Made by a program: the position numbers and the translations under genes. From positions 640,001 to 704,000 of the forward strand of contig CAXXDN010000002.1 in the NCBI GenBank assembly GCA_963667465.2: DNA of 64,000 nt, written 5' to 3'. Of the stretch, positions 62,579-64,000 are shown in pieces. The DNA comes from Dehalococcoidia bacterium (GTDB taxonomy: Bacteria > Chloroflexota > Dehalococcoidia > UBA2979). Under the pieces are notes generated by a model that ran no database searches, was not told where the DNA came from, and saw only the letters and a list, made by a program, of their open reading frames with translations. The first letter of the stretch is position 1; the number at the start of each line of letters is the position of its first letter.

Positions 62579-64000
62579 ATGAGCGCACGCGGCGACTGGC
62601 GGACGGGACTCCCGCCCGAGGCTGGCGCACAGGCCGACCTGCCTCCCGTCACCGCTGTGCGCCTCGATTCCCGCGAGGTGCAGCCCGGCGATCTCTTCGT
62701 CTGCATCCCCGGCCAGCGCTTCGACGGCCACGACTTCGCCGCGGCCGCCGCTGCGGCGGGCGCCGCCGCGCTCGTCGTCGAGCAGGGCCGCGAGGCAGCC
62801 GTCGCAGGGCTCGGCGTGCCGCTGGCCGTCGTGCGGGACGCGCGCCGCGCGCTCTCCTCGATCGCCGCGGCGCACGAGGGCGGCCCCTCGCAGCGCCTCA
62901 CCGTCGTCGGCGTGACCGGCACCAATGGCAAGACCACGACCTCCCTGCTGATCCACTCGGCCCTCGAGGCTGCCGGCGAGACGGCGGGCCTGATCAACAC
63001 CGTCGAGACGCGAATCGGCCTGCGCCAGTGGCTGAACGACAGTCGCATGAGCACGCCGGAAGCGACCGAGATCCAGCGCCTGCTCGCCGAGATGGTCGAG
63101 GCCGGCTGCGAATACGCCGTCGTCGAGGCCACCTCGCACGGCCTCGCCCTCGACCGCCTCGCGGATGTCGCCTTCGACGTCGGCGTGCTCACCCAGCTGG
63201 GCGAGGACCACCTCGACTTCCACGGCAGCGTCGAGGCCTACCGCGCCGCGAAGCTGCGTCTCTTCGAGGGCCTCTCGCGCGGCGCGGTCCTCAACGCCGA
63301 CGACCCGGAGTACGCACGCTTCGCCGAGGCAAGCAGTGCACCCGTGCTCAGCTATGCCCTCGATGCGGCGTCGGCCGATCTGACCGCACGCCGGATCGAC
63401 AACGTCGGCGACGGCTCGACGTTCGAGCTGGTGACGCCGGAGGTCGCGCTGCACGCGCAGGTGCGCTTGCCCGGCCGCTTCAACGTGGCCAACGCGCTCG
63501 CCGCGTTCGGCGCGGTGATCGCGCTCGACCTCGATCCGTACATGGCGAGTGTCGGCATCTCGCAGACGCCGGGCGTGCCCGGGCGGCTGCAGCGCGTCCT
63601 GACCTCGCCGATCGGTGTCGTGGTGGACTACGCGCACACCGGCGACGCGCTCGCGAACGTCCTCGAGTTGCTGCGCTCGCTCACCGACGGACGCCTCATC
63701 GCCGTCTTCGGTGCGGCGGGCGAACGCCCGCACGAGCGACGTACCGGCATGGCCGAGGCAGCCGCGCGCCACGCCGACTACGCCGTGCTCACCGAGGAGG
63801 ACTCCCGCTCCGAGCCGACCGACGAGATCATCGGTCAGATCGCGCGGACGATGACCGCTGCCGGTGCGGAGGAAGGGCGGCGATTCGAGCGCGAACCGGA
63901 CCGTGCCGCCGCGATCGCGCGGGCGATCGCCCTGGCCGAGCAGGGCGACGTGGTGCTGATCGCGGGCAAGGGCCACGAGCCGACGATCGAGCGCGCCGAC
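62579..64000 (+). CDS. murE: MurE-type UDP-MurNAc-tripeptide synthetase (3'-truncated; absent from ORF track)
   Basis: Manual translation: DSREVQPGDLFVCIPG..FDGHDF, GVTGTNGKTTT, EATSHGL..DRL, DHLDFH, PGRL, VDYAHT, IAGKGHE. Confidence 0.92.
   Translation, partial: MSARGDWRTGLPPEAGAQADLPPVTAVRLDSREVQPGDLFVCIPGQRFDGHDFAAAAAAAGAAALVVEQGREAAVAGLGVPLAVVRDARRALSSIAAAHEGGPSQRLTVVGVTGTNGKTTTSLLIHSALEAAGETAGLINTVETRIGLRQWLNDSRMSTPEATEIQRLLAEMVEAGCEYAVVEATSHGLALDRLADVAFDVGVLTQLGEDHLDFHGSVEAYRAAKLRLFEGLSRGAVLNADDPEYARFAEASSAPVLSYALDAASADLTARRIDNVGDGSTFELVTPEVALHAQVRLPGRFNVANALAAFGAVIALDLDPYMASVGISQTPGVPGRLQRVLTSPIGVVVDYAHTGDALANVLELLRSLTDGRLIAVFGAAGERPHERRTGMAEAAARHADYAVLTEEDSRSEPTDEIIGQIARTMTAAGAEEGRRFEREPDRAAAIARAIALAEQGDVVLIAGKGHEPTIERAD

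Overview
Very GC-rich, gene-dense bacterial chromosomal segment with about 60 CDS. I saw no rRNA, tRNA, CRISPR array, integrase or transposase. It runs from a 5'-truncated mutL to a 3'-truncated murE-like ligase. Most of the window is a paralog-rich catabolic toolkit: 3 crotonases, 3 MDR alcohol dehydrogenases, 3 acyl-CoA dehydrogenases, 2 family III CoA-transferases, 2 stand-alone NDP-forming acyl-CoA synthetase alpha subunits, an LLM monooxygenase, BKACE, a CocE hydrolase, a PTE, an amidase, a hydantoinase/oxoprolinase pair and an orphan molybdoenzyme large subunit. This resembles Chloroflexota/Dehalococcoidia (SAR202- or Tepidiformales-like), which is inference only. Also present are a sodN-sodX-xth operon, a cobalamin riboswitch controlling btuFCD-cobO-cbiB-cobD-cobQ-PHP, small TA and DUF1640-like insertions, and a CutRS/VanRS-like two-component system next to a MacAB-like exporter. 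The best-supported new signal is a three-promoter regulon (STTAC-N6-STTAN-N11-[-10 box]) linking that two-component system, an exporter with a repeat-expanded adaptor, and an uncharacterised secreted protein. Other leads are a PHP phosphatase inside the B12 salvage operon, near-cognate start codons (ACG for sodX, ATC for the PHP gene), a stand-alone AcsE-like pterin methyltransferase, and crotonases and a BKACE with non-canonical active sites. All family calls come from motif recognition by eye, not database searches.
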